DNA of 63,924 nt, filler included, from Malassezia furfur (lineage: Eukaryota): the NCBI GenBank assembly GCA_052055015.1. It is 4 parts of 4 records of this genome, joined end to end, with 100 filler letters (N's around TTAATTAATTAA, not from the genome) between each part and the next. Parts side by side here need not be neighbours in the genome. Positions count along the whole stretch, not along the records: positions 1 to 16,543 come from JBQJIT010000246.1; 3 more parts are not named here. One strand, 5' to 3'. Both the position numbers and the translations under genes were made by a program. This document shows positions 1 through 10,173 of this stretch, piece by piece. Positions within the stretch are counted from its first letter, which is position 1. Each line of letters starts with the position of its first letter. Under the pieces are notes generated by a model that searched no databases, had not been told where the DNA came from, and saw only the letters and a list, made by a program, of their open reading frames with translations.

Positions 1-1999
1 CGGCGGCCGCGTGCCGCGCGGCGCCCGCGAGCAGGCCGAGCGTCTGCCGCAGCCCCTCAACGAGTGCCCACGCGTGCGCCGGCGCAAACGCAACGTGCGC
101 GCCGCTCGCAAGGCGCGTGGCAAACGGCACCGTACTCGCATCCGTGCGCGCCCGCACAAGCTGGCGGTGCAACGCCGCGAGTTCGAGCAGGAGCGTGGCG
201 CGGCGGAAGACGGGCGCGTCGCGCGGCAGCTCGAGCGACACGGCGCACGTGCACAGCACCAGCAGCTGCGACAGCGTCGGCGCGTCGCCGAGCTGCAGCG
301 CGTCAGCGGCTACGTGGAGGATACGCGGCAGCGCGTCCTGCAGTGTGGCATGGGGGCGCGCCCAGACGGCCACGTCGGTGCAGCTCGCGTGGCGCAGCGT
401 GGCGAGTGCCACAAGGCGCCCGGCACATGTCTCAAACGGCGCATGCGGCAGCGGCAGCGCCCAGCATGCCACGGCGCCGCTCGGATCCAGCATCGCGCAG
501 GCCACGGCGCCACTCGGCGACACGGCGAGTGGCGAGCGCCGCAGCGCGTCGGGCGGCAGAGGCGTGCCGAGCGGCGTAAGCGCGAGGCTCTCGGGAGCAA
601 TGGTCGCCCACCTCTCGTCATTGCCGTGCACGGCCGTCGCATACACGCCGAGCGCGTGCGGGACGAGCATCGTGACACAGCACGCCTCGGCCCAAGCCTG
701 GGCGCGCGGGACGAGCGTCGGGGTGCGGGGCGCATGCACGTCGTCGTCGGCCGCGTCCACGGGGCGGTGCACGGCCCAGGCCACGAGCTGCGTGCCGCCG
801 TGCGCGTCGGAATGCGCAGCACCATCCAGCGCGAGCCACAACTCGAGCGACGCGGCGCGCTGCACCCACGCAAGGTGCGTGAGGCGGGTCTCGGCCGGTG
901 GCGATGCGCCTACACACAGCTCAGCGGTGGACGTCGGAACACCCGCAAGAGGCTGCACGGTAAGGAACGACATCTCGCCGTCCAGCTCCAGCTGGAGCTC
1001 GGTGAGGTGCACCATGGCCGGCGCGCCCAGCGCGTCGTCCGTTGCGTACGCGACGAGCACCGCAGCCGCATCGGGCACCGCACACGCGCGCAAATGCGTC
1101 ACGCGCCGCATCCACGCGTCGCAGCGCTCCGCACGCGTATGTTCGAGCGTGGGCGGCGGCGGCAACACACTCGGTTGCGTAAGCCAGCCGTGGTGTGCAC
1201 GGAACGGCGCATTGGTGGACGCGCGTCCAGGCAGGCGGTGCAGCACACTCACCTGCGCGGTGCTCGTGCACAGGACGAGCGCCAGCTCGTCCTGTGCGCG
1301 GTCGAGCGGCAGACTCGGCAAGGCGAGCAGCGCCGCGGGGCCGCACGCGGGCAGGCGCACGGGCTGCGCATGCGGTGCATCGAGTGTCGCATCGAGCGAC
1401 CATGCGCGTGGCGCACCGAGCCAGCACACGTCGACGACATGGCCGTGAAAGACGTGCGTCGTCGGCGCGCTGGCCGCGTCGCAAACCGGTACCGTCTGCC
1501 GGAGCGTCCATGCGTCGCCCGCGCATGTCCAGATGCACACCATACCCTGATCGCTCTGCCACGCAGGGCCCGTAGCAGCGCCCGTGGGTGTGCTCGCATA
1601 GGGCATTGGCGACGTGCCCGCTTCGAGCCCGATCGGCGTCGCTAGGCCGGTGGTGAGCCCCGTGTACGGTGCAAAGTGCGTTGTGCTGCGCAGCGGCGGC
1701 GCGCCCGGCGGAAAGTAGGCAAGCAGGGTATACCCGCACGGGCTGAACGAGACGTACGTTGGGCGAGCAAGCGAGCCGCCCGCGGGGTGCGTGGGTGCAT
1801 ACAGCTTCGCGACCGGTGCCTGGGACAGGTGTGCGGCGCGGCGGAGACTCACGCACGCGCCCTGTGCATCGACCTCGGCGTGCGCCACGACGTTGTGCCG
1901 CGACCAGGCAATTGGGCTGCGTCAGTAGCGCACCTACTCTTCGCACGCGGCGCCCGCCGCGAGCGCCTCGACCCACGCCTCGGCGGGCCGGCAGCGCAT
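1..1999 (-). CDS. MED16: Mediator subunit Med16 (Sin4)-like, 3' end runs off the window; 21-nt intron 1917-1937
   Basis: Not in the ORF track. Manual translation: ATG at 1999, and removing GTAGGTGCGCTACTGACGCAG gives ...[14 protein letters not shown]..., the Med16 N-terminal IAWS motif. The frame stays open to base 1, with YVSFSPCG and [11 protein letters not shown] propeller-like motifs. Confidence 0.65.
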
Positions 2000-2014
2000 A
2001 CGGAAGCGAAGCCG

Positions 2015-2022
2015 TCACGTGA
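2015..2022. promoter_or_regulatory. TCACGTGA E-box in the MED16/UBC7 bidirectional promoter
   Basis: Palindrome in the 48-nt gap between divergent ATGs. The motif recurs in ten other promoters. Confidence 0.6.
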
Positions 2023-2047
2023 AGCACAGGTGTTGGTTTCTTCCACC

Positions 2048-2665
2048 ATGGCAGGTGCACGCAACGCCTCGGCGGCTGTGCGGCGGCTCACGATCGAGTA
2101 CAAGCAGCTCACGAGCGACCCCAACACGCTCTTCCCGGCGGTGGGGCCCATTTCCGAGGACAACTACCTCGAGTGGGAGGCGCTCCTCCCGGGGCCCGAC
2201 GATACCCCGTTCGAGGGCGGCGTGTTTAGTGCACGGCTCTCGTTCCGTACGTTGTTCTAGCGCGCTCACACAGCACCGACGTATCCGCTCGAACCGCCCA
2301 CAATGCGCTTTGACCCGCCCATCTTCCACCCGAACGGTACGCACACCACGCGCTCACCCAGTCTATCCAGACGGCCTCGTGTGCATCTCCATCTTGCACG
2401 CCGCTGGCGACGACCCCAACAGTAGGTGGCATCGCACTGACCCAGTGTATGAGTCGTCCGCGGAGCGCTGGTCCCCGGTGCAATCCATCGAAAAGATTCT
2501 CCTGTCGGTGCTCAGCATGCTGGCCGAGCCCAACGTCGAAAGCGGCGCGAACATCGACGCCTGCGTACGTTTGCCCCCGCCCTCACCCAGAAACTCTACC
2601 GCGACAACCACGCGGCCTACGAAAAGCACATCCGTGACATGGTGCAGCAGCAACTGGGGCTGTAA
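2048..2665 (+). CDS. UBC7: E2 ubiquitin-conjugating enzyme Ubc7/UBE2G; introns 2247-2273, 2337-2361, 2422-2445, 2565-2590
   Basis: The spliced product has [36 protein letters not shown] (catalytic Cys), the Ubc7 acidic loop and [16 protein letters not shown]. Confidence 0.93.
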
Positions 2666-2735
2666 CGATTCGGCGCATACATTCCTACGCCGCCTTTGCC
2701 AAATATGCCATAGGCCTCATTCGCTGCTATGTCTC

Positions 2736-4541
2736 TTAATGCCGCCAGATCTTGACGGTACGGTCGCGCCCACCGCTGGCTACCTTGTCCGCGATGAAGT
2801 CGACACAATACACCTCGTCGTCGTGCCCGGGCAGGTCCTGCTTGATCTTGTACGTCTTGAGACTCCACAGCTTGATCGTCGAGTCCTTCGACGCGGTGGC
2901 CAACATACGACTGTCGCTGCTCCACGCCACGCGGTACACACTCGCGACATGCCCGCGCAGGTTCGCAACGAACTTGCCCGTGCGTGCATCCCACAGCTTG
3001 ACGCTGTTGTCAAACGATGCCGAGGCGATCAGCCGGCCGTCGGGCGAAAAGCACACGTGGTTCACCGTTTTTTGGTGGCCCGTCAGCCGCGCCAGGGGCT
3101 TCTTGGGCGAGGCCGCCGACGCACCAATCTGCGCCGGCCACAGGAAAAGAGTCTGGTCGTCCGAACCACTCACCACCAGCTCGGGGCGCGCGCCGTTCCC
3201 GGTTGCTTCGCGGTGACGCTCCAGCGCCGCTGCCTGGTATGCCGCATCCTCGGCATCGTCAGCGGCACGCAGCGCCTCGACGGACGCGTCCTCACCGAGC
3301 GCCTGGTAACGCTTCCGCATCGCCGCAAGGTACGTGCCTTGCACGTCAAATCCACCCGTACGCAGCACATAGTCGGTGGAGATTGCCAGCGTATTCACCC
3401 AGTGCGCGTGGTCGTTCAGCGAGCGGATCAGCCGACCATCCTGGTCGTTCCATACTTTGATGGTACGGTCCGACGACGCCGTATAAATTGCACCCTCACC
3501 ACCCCAGCGCACCATGTTTACACTCGCCGTGTGGCCGCCCAGGACAAAGTCCACCTGCCGGCGCTCCACGTTCCAAATTCGCACGGTGCCGTCCTTAGAC
3601 GAGCTGGCCAGGCGTGGGTTTCGCGCATTGCGGTGCATGGGCTCCCACGCCAGACTCGTGATCCATTTGGTGTGCCCGCGCAGCAAATGCCCGGGCGGCG
3701 ACGCATGCCGAGCGGCGCGGCGCTCAGCAACCGACATGCGGCCCGTTTCGCCACGCTCGGCGCGGGCTTCATCGACCTGCTTACCGGAGCGTGAGCCCCA
3801 CGCCTTGCGGCCTGTTGCACGCATGTCGAGCGCTTCCCAGATATACACCTGGCCATCCATGCCGCCCGTCGCCAGGCGCCGCTCGCGCGGCTCCCATTCG
3901 GCACACAGCACCCAGCCAGTGTGGCCCTGGAGCGTGTGTAGTGGTGTCTCTGTATCCATGTCCCATAGCCGGCATGTCTTGTCGCCTGCGCCGGTCGCGA
4001 GCAGCTGGCCAGTGGGACTAAACGCGCAACACAGGATCGGCGACGCATGGCCCGACAGTGTGCTCGAGCATCGGCTCACCGCGCGCACACGAAATACGGC
4101 CTGCGGCTCGAACACCACCGTCAGACTGTCTTCGCTGCTGATCCCGAGCCGCTTTGCGACAGCCGACTGCAGCACGCTGTCGTGCAGGCTGTCGGTGATG
4201 TTGATGCGTGTCGGTTGTGTCGGCGCCTCCGGGGAGGGCGCAAGAAGAACATGGAAGGTATAGGGGATTTCCTCATCTTCGTCCTCATCCGCATCCCGTT
4301 TCCGGAGCTGACGGTGCAGTTCGTTGATTAGCTTGCTCATCTCTGCCTGCCCGGCGCTGGACGGAAGGCTGAGCGTCGTGCCGAGCGGCGTGTCGTCCTG
4401 CCCCGACTGGAACTGGACGAGCACAGATGACATGGTCGCATTCAGCTGACCTTTGTTGGCAAGAGCTTCATCTTCGCGCGCGGCTGCCTGCGCGGCGAGC
4501 CGCTGGCGCTTCGCCGAGGGGACCGGCACCTGCGTCGCCAT
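2736..4541 (-). CDS. RSA4: Ribosome assembly WD40 protein Rsa4/Notchless
   Basis: NLE N-terminal domain, the motif [19 protein letters not shown], multiple WD40 repeats and a C-terminal DRTVKIWRH. Start placed at MATQVP. Confidence 0.93.
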   Translation of the reverse strand: MATQVPVPSAKRQRLAAQAAAREDEALANKGQLNATMSSVLVQFQSGQDDTPLGTTLSLPSSAGQAEMSKLINELHRQLRKRDADEDEDEEIPYTFHVLLAPSPEAPTQPTRINITDSLHDSVLQSAVAKRLGISSEDSLTVVFEPQAVFRVRAVSRCSSTLSGHASPILCCAFSPTGQLLATGAGDKTCRLWDMDTETPLHTLQGHTGWVLCAEWEPRERRLATGGMDGQVYIWEALDMRATGRKAWGSRSGKQVDEARAERGETGRMSVAERRAARHASPPGHLLRGHTKWITSLAWEPMHRNARNPRLASSSKDGTVRIWNVERRQVDFVLGGHTASVNMVRWGGEGAIYTASSDRTIKVWNDQDGRLIRSLNDHAHWVNTLAISTDYVLRTGGFDVQGTYLAAMRKRYQALGEDASVEALRAADDAEDAAYQAAALERHREATGNGARPELVVSGSDDQTLFLWPAQIGASAASPKKPLARLTGHQKTVNHVCFSPDGRLIASASFDNSVKLWDARTGKFVANLRGHVASVYRVAWSSDSRMLATASKDSTIKLWSLKTYKIKQDLPGHDDEVYCVDFIADKVASGGRDRTVKIWRH

Positions 4542-4621
4542 GGAAGCCAAGCCAACTTTTTTTGTGTGGAGAGCCCACGTGACGGAAGAAATTTTGGGTG
4601 CCGCAAACGTGCTTAGGGACC

Positions 4622-6080
4622 ATGAGCGCAGCGGCCGAGAATGCCGGTCGCCGTGCCGTGTACAGGGTAGGTGTGCCTTCTCACCCCAGAGCTCTCTCCT
4701 GTCGCACGATGACGCATTTGAGCGACTCTTGTCGCTGATTCCCGCCAAGTTTTACGTCCCGGTGGACGAAGAGCACATGGATACCAAATACCAGAAGAAC
4801 AAGCACACCAAGAGCCAAAAACAGCAAGAGGCCGAGGAGCGCAAGAACAAGCTGCAGGCGGCCAAGCGAGCCAAGGTTCGTCTTTCCCCACTTACCCAGC
4901 TCGACCCCGACAATGTGAAGAGTGTAAAGGAAATTCAGCAGGACCGCCGTCGTCGACTGGAAGACGGCATCGAGCTCGAATTCGATGCGGAAGACGACGA
5001 CGAGAACACCGATGATGCCGAAGATGACGGCTTGGACGACTATGAAGACGATGACGATGATGCGGAGTCGACTGGGAACGGCGCGGCCGGTCCCCGTCGC
5101 GATGAGGATGACGAGGAGGAGGAAGACGACGACGACAACAAGCCCACAGAGGCACAGCTGAACGGTCAGACCACGGCTGCTGGTGTAGCCAACCGTCGTG
5201 CGACGGTGGCTGAACTGCGCGAGCGCCTGCACAACAAAATTGAGATGCTGCATCGGAAACGGAATCCGAGCGACACGCCGACGGACGATACGGTGCCTAG
5301 CACCAAGCAGGAGCTTATGGAGGAGCGCAGGCGGCAGCGTGGCGAGATGCGTGACCGCCGTCGTCGCGAGCGGAAAGAGGCACGTCGGCAGGCCAAGGAC
5401 CAATCCGCGTCCAAAGACGGCGGGCGTGCCAAGGCGGACGTGTCGGGCTCCAGCCGCCAGGCAGGCTTGCTGGTGAATGATGCCACAAACCCTGAGCGTG
5501 TGGCACCCAAGAAGCCCGAGGTAGAGTCGCGCATGAGCTTCAGCCACGTCGACTTCGGACCGGACACGCCGCGTAAGAACAAGTACGCACTACCCAACGA
5601 CCCCAAGGCCGCCCTTGCAATGCTCGAGGCACGGAAACGCAAGGAAGAGAATCGCGTGCAAAAGCAGGTGGAGCGCGGCCAGGACGAGGATCAAGTGCGC
5701 GAGGCCGCGGAGGAGGCTGAGCGTTGGAACAAGGCGATCGCCGCCGCGGAGGGCGTGCGCATCCGTGACAATGAGCACCTGCTGAAGCAGACGCTTAAGC
5801 GCCGCGAAAAGTCCAAGGCCAAGAGCAGCAAAGCATGGTGCGTGAGACTGACTCACATTGCAGGAACGACCGGCGCCGCGCCGAGCAGGAAGCACAGGCC
5901 GCGAAGCAAAAGAAGCGTATGGAGAACATTGCTGCGCGACGGGAGAACAAGCGTTCGCCCGGTAAGTCTACGACCAAGTCTACCAAATCGGCCAAAGCCC
6001 GACCTGGCTTTGAAGGCAACAGCCGCTCCTTTGGCAGCGCGCCGAGCCGCAAAGGCGGCGCGCGCCCGGCGAAACGGTAG
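4622..6080 (+). CDS. RRP14: 60S biogenesis factor Rrp14/SURF6; three short introns (23, 24, 26 nt)
   Basis: N-terminal AFERLLSLIPAKFY and KRAKLDPDN, SURF6 domain (AEGVRIRDNEHLLKQTLKRREKSKAKSSKAW) and C-terminal KRMENIAAR...RPGFEG. Confidence 0.9.
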
Positions 6081-6126
6081 TTCGGCCGAGATAGATGCAC
6101 ACACCTTGTCCCCCACCGCGTTGTTG

Positions 6127-6511
6127 ATGAGCGCGACGGCGGACGACGGCGCGCCGGGTGCCGACTTTGTGAATCCGTACGAGGGCAACCGGAATTTGTC
6201 GCCCAATGAGCAGGCGCTGCTGGGCGAGTATGCGCGACTTGCGCAGACGCTACGGAGGGTACGAACGACAAGCACTAACGCAGGTCGCCGCACTGAGCAC
6301 ACAGTTGAGCGCGAGCACGACGCATGCCAATGTGCTGAACGATTTGCGCATTGTTGAGCGCAAGATGGGCCTTGTGCTGACGCTCTTCAAGGCGAGTGTG
6401 TGGGCCATTGTGGTACAGCAGTCGGACGACCAAGATGAGGCGGAGTGGGAAGAATTAGGCGAGCAGTACGCTCACATGGCCATCCCCGAAGAAGACGAGC
6501 CACTAGAGTGA
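6127..6511 (+). CDS. DAD3: DASH/Dam1 kinetochore complex subunit Dad3; one 25-nt intron
   Basis: Spliced product NPYEGNRNLSPNEQALLGEYARLA...LRIVERKMGLVLTLFKASVW matches the Dad3 signature. Confidence 0.88.
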
Positions 6512-6682
6512 TGGCTAGGCGTGTGACGTAGTCCCTGTATTTGTATGTGTCCTTGGCTGCTCGTGCGGTGCTCGGCCTTCTGCCGACGCGTCGCGTCGCC
6601 CCACCGGGCGGTGACGCACACGCCACGTGGCCCTAGCAGGGTTCCACCTTTCAACGTTCGTCCGGCAGTGCGCCAACACACG

Positions 6683-8311
6683 ATGCCGCGGCTGGAAGTA
6701 AAAGTGGGCCCGGACCGGTTCCATATGGAGCCGGCGCACCTGAACGACTACCAACACCCGAATGAGATCAACTCGCCGTACTTTTGTGGGCGTGTGCTCG
6801 TGCGCATCATTAACGCGCCGGGTGCGGAGCAGGGCGAGCCGGGCCGCGAATACTTCGCAGAGCGCACACGAAAATTCTGCATCCAGATTGAGGGCCGCTT
6901 CCGCCAAGAATGGTCGGGCGACGACATCCTGTTCGGTACCGACTTCGACAAATTTGTGCCGTTCCCCCGTGCGCCCTTCAATGCTGGCATGCATGTCGCT
7001 CGTTTGATTGACCCTTGCACCTTTTACGAAGAACACCCGCCTTCGGGTCGGCCATACATTATGTCGCCCTACTTGGCATGCATGAACGTCTTCTGTGCGT
7101 GGCCCGCACCCGACCGCATCGAGGACGCGGTCATTGTGTACCACGACACGCACCACGAAGACAAGGCGAAGTACACCACTAACCCTTGCACCGAGGCCCA
7201 CAAGAATGAGGGAGACGTTGTGCCCGTCGAGCGCCTTGACCACTCCGACTCGCCCGCCACCGAAAAGAAGCACGGGTGGTTCTCCAACTTGATCCACTCC
7301 TCGCGCGACGACCGCGTCGTGGACAACTACTGGCGCTTTGTGGGCTTCCGGACGGACCCGAAGCTGGCGCGCTACCTGCAGTCGATGCCGCCGTCGGAAC
7401 TCGCCGCAAAACCAGCCGTTTCCATGCCCGCAGCCGTGCCGCGCGGGGTGCAGGCGTCCGCACCCGCGCCGTCGCTGACAGCGCCCACGCCCGTGGCCGC
7501 GCCGAGGCCTGTGGTGGCCCCCAGGGCGACGACGCCCGTATCAGTGTCGGGCATGACGCAGGTGGTGACGCCACGCGCGACGGTGACCCAGGCGCACACC
7601 GTCTCGGCGCCACCGACGACCACCTCGTCGCCGTCGCCCATTGCGCCGGCAGCGCCGCAACGTACCGGTACGCCGTCGGTTGGCTCGCGCATCGCCTCCA
7701 AGTCGCACCGCCTGTGGCACGGCATCGACAAGAACATGCTGGTATCACTCGGATCGAGCAACAAATTATCTGGGTCCACGGTCGACCGCAAGCACATGGA
7801 CCGGCCCGAGACACCGCGCTTGCCCGAATTCACCTCGAGCACGTTGCAGCACGATGCCGACTGGTCGGACCCGTCACGGCAGACCGACTCGCCGGTGTCG
7901 ATGTACGCCGAGACGAACCTGGTGCAGTCGATGAACAACGTTAACCTGTCCGGCATGGAGCGTTCCGTCGAGCAGCAGCTGGGACCCTGGCGCTTCTCAG
8001 ACCCGGGCGCAGACATGATCGAGGACAATGCGTTTGTTTTCGTGGACAAGAGCGTGTCGGTTCCCGAGCGTCGCAAGCATTTCGCCAACACCAAAAACCG
8101 GAAGGACTTCAAGTACGACCCGAATGTGGTGTACGGAGCTTCGTTCTTTTCTAATCTCATGGATTTCAATACATTTGACCTGGCCATCGGCCCGGTTCGC
8201 ATCAATGTCTCGCCGTACTTCAAGGAGATGCCGATCCGCTACTCGCTCCGTGCCAAGCACGACGAGGAAATCGTGTTCTGTGCCATCTCCTTCCAGCTCG
8301 TTGACGATTAG
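6683..8311 (+). CDS. DUF1769-family conserved fungal protein with a low-complexity insert
   Basis: YFCGRVLVRI, YFAERTRKFCIQIEGRF, DILFGTDFD, RRKHF and PIRYSLR motifs recalled from the DUF1769 family. Confidence 0.7.
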   Translation: MPRLEVKVGPDRFHMEPAHLNDYQHPNEINSPYFCGRVLVRIINAPGAEQGEPGREYFAERTRKFCIQIEGRFRQEWSGDDILFGTDFDKFVPFPRAPFNAGMHVARLIDPCTFYEEHPPSGRPYIMSPYLACMNVFCAWPAPDRIEDAVIVYHDTHHEDKAKYTTNPCTEAHKNEGDVVPVERLDHSDSPATEKKHGWFSNLIHSSRDDRVVDNYWRFVGFRTDPKLARYLQSMPPSELAAKPAVSMPAAVPRGVQASAPAPSLTAPTPVAAPRPVVAPRATTPVSVSGMTQVVTPRATVTQAHTVSAPPTTTSSPSPIAPAAPQRTGTPSVGSRIASKSHRLWHGIDKNMLVSLGSSNKLSGSTVDRKHMDRPETPRLPEFTSSTLQHDADWSDPSRQTDSPVSMYAETNLVQSMNNVNLSGMERSVEQQLGPWRFSDPGADMIEDNAFVFVDKSVSVPERRKHFANTKNRKDFKYDPNVVYGASFFSNLMDFNTFDLAIGPVRINVSPYFKEMPIRYSLRAKHDEEIVFCAISFQLVDD

Positions 8312-8381
8312 GACATCACGCCTACATGGCCCAAATGGCATAGCGCAGACAGTATATACGTGGGTCTAACAGCTGTTCATG

Positions 8382-10069
8382 CTACGTAAGACCCGTGTTC
8401 GGAGACAGCGTGTCGGTCGGCGGCGTCACCTCCGCGACTGGTATCGCGGCCGTATTGACCGGGGATGCACGGCTGGATGCCAAGGAGCCCGGCGTGCCAG
8501 GTGCCCCCTGGCTTGCGTCATCCGATTCCGCCTCGATACCGAGCAGCTGGTCGACATACCACCCGCCTTCCGCGCCGGGGAACTGGTATACATGACTCTC
8601 GTCCACGCGCTTGGGGAGCGCGTCGTCCGCACACACATCGTCCCAGCCGAGTTTGTGGCGCAGATACTGCACAATACCGTCCGAGTCGCCCAGCAGCATC
8701 ACATCCATCGCCATGTGGGTGATGGGCGTTCGATTGATCAGCACCACTGGCACACGCGGGGGCAGATGCGACAGCAGGTCGGACACGGGTGCGACTTTGA
8801 GCGACGTACCCATTACCAGGACGAGGTCCACCTCGTCGCGGTCGGCAAACACGCATCGGTCAAAGTCATCCGGGAGCTTTTCGCCGAAAAAGGTAATGTC
8901 CGGCTTGAGGATCCCGTACGCAAGCTCCGAGTCGTCTTCGTCGGACGCTTCGTCCTCGTCCCACTGCGCAGCCTTCTTACGCCGCTTGGCATTCCGTGCA
9001 GCATCACGCGCCGCGCGCCGCTCTGTACACCGCGGGCACTGGGGGACGCGTCGCGCGAGAATATCGTCGCGGATCGCGCTACCGTCCACCTTGTAGCCAC
9101 ACGATGGGTCTGTACACGTCGCCGATGCAAACGAGCCGTGGCACTGCAACACGTTGTGGATGCCCGCTTTCTGCTCTAGCGTATCAATGTTTTGCGAGTA
9201 CATGCGCAGCAGCTTGCCGCGCTTCTCGAGCTCTCGGACAAATTCGTGCGATGGAGAGGGACGGTAGTGCGACGGGTAGATCGAATGGCTGGGCGTCAGT
9301 GCGGGTGCCGACGTACGCAAACGAGAAAAACATGGAAGGGTCGCGCAGAAACACTTCCTTGTCGAACCTGCGTCAGTGCACTCACGTACATATCCGACGG
9401 GTCATCTAGCTGGTACTGGTTCTCGTTGGCGAGGATCGAGTAGATGCCATCCTTGGAGCGGAAGTCGGGGATGCCGCACGACACGGAGATGCCTGCACCG
9501 CAGAGCACAATGATCCGCTTCGATTTTTGCAGCAGCTCGAGGACGTCCTCGAGCGTGTTATATTCTTCCAACTTGCGCCGCTGCCGGAGACTGGGTGAGC
9601 GAGGCACGTACATGCGCGTGAGAACCATTTTGAGCAGCGGAAGAGCCGCATAAGGGTTTTCCTCCGCCTGTGCGAGCATGGAGCGCGGCTGCGTCAGCGA
9701 CAAGACGCACCAACATCACGCCAAATGACAGCAACAGCGGCACAATCTGGTAGTCAGTGGTGGCCAACACACCTTGCTCGGCGTATAAACGACGTGGCGT
9801 CGTAGACACTCTAGCATGCCATGTTCCCGCAGGTCGTTGAGCACCGTGCTGATCTCCTCGCGCGACAGCGGCCCAAACTCGGCCTCACTTGCGTCCTCTG
9901 ACGCGGCCGGCGAGGGTGAGGCGGCAGGTACATCTGCAGCCTCTTCGCGCGCGATTTCCTGCATCATCTCCTCCTCGGCCTCATCTTCGAGCCGGTCCAA
10001 ATCTTCCGAGTCAAGTTCATCGTCCAAGCTCGCGAGCTGCGCGAGCGCCTCCGCCTCCGCCGTGTCCAT
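8382..10069 (-). CDS. SIR2: NAD-dependent histone deacetylase Sir2 (class I sirtuin); five introns of 21-28 nt; start approximate
   Basis: GAGISVSCGIPDFRS, YSQNIDTLE, QCHGSF, zinc-ribbon cysteines, LKPDITFFGE and GTSLKVAPV. Confidence 0.92.
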
Positions 10070-10173
10070 GCCAGGCACGTCCACTCGGTGGTTGGATTTG
10101 TCAGCGGCGTAGCCATGTGGAGTGCGCGCAGGTGGCCCAAGGCCCCAGTAGCACTACCATCGCCACGGAGCGT

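Noticed and set aside
11..1645. Long plus-strand ORFs (544 and 443 aa) and similar long overlapping ORFs elsewhere (e.g. 28468-30414, 47985-49784)
   Set aside because: Arg/Ala-rich antisense shadows of real GC-rich genes with no recognisable domains.
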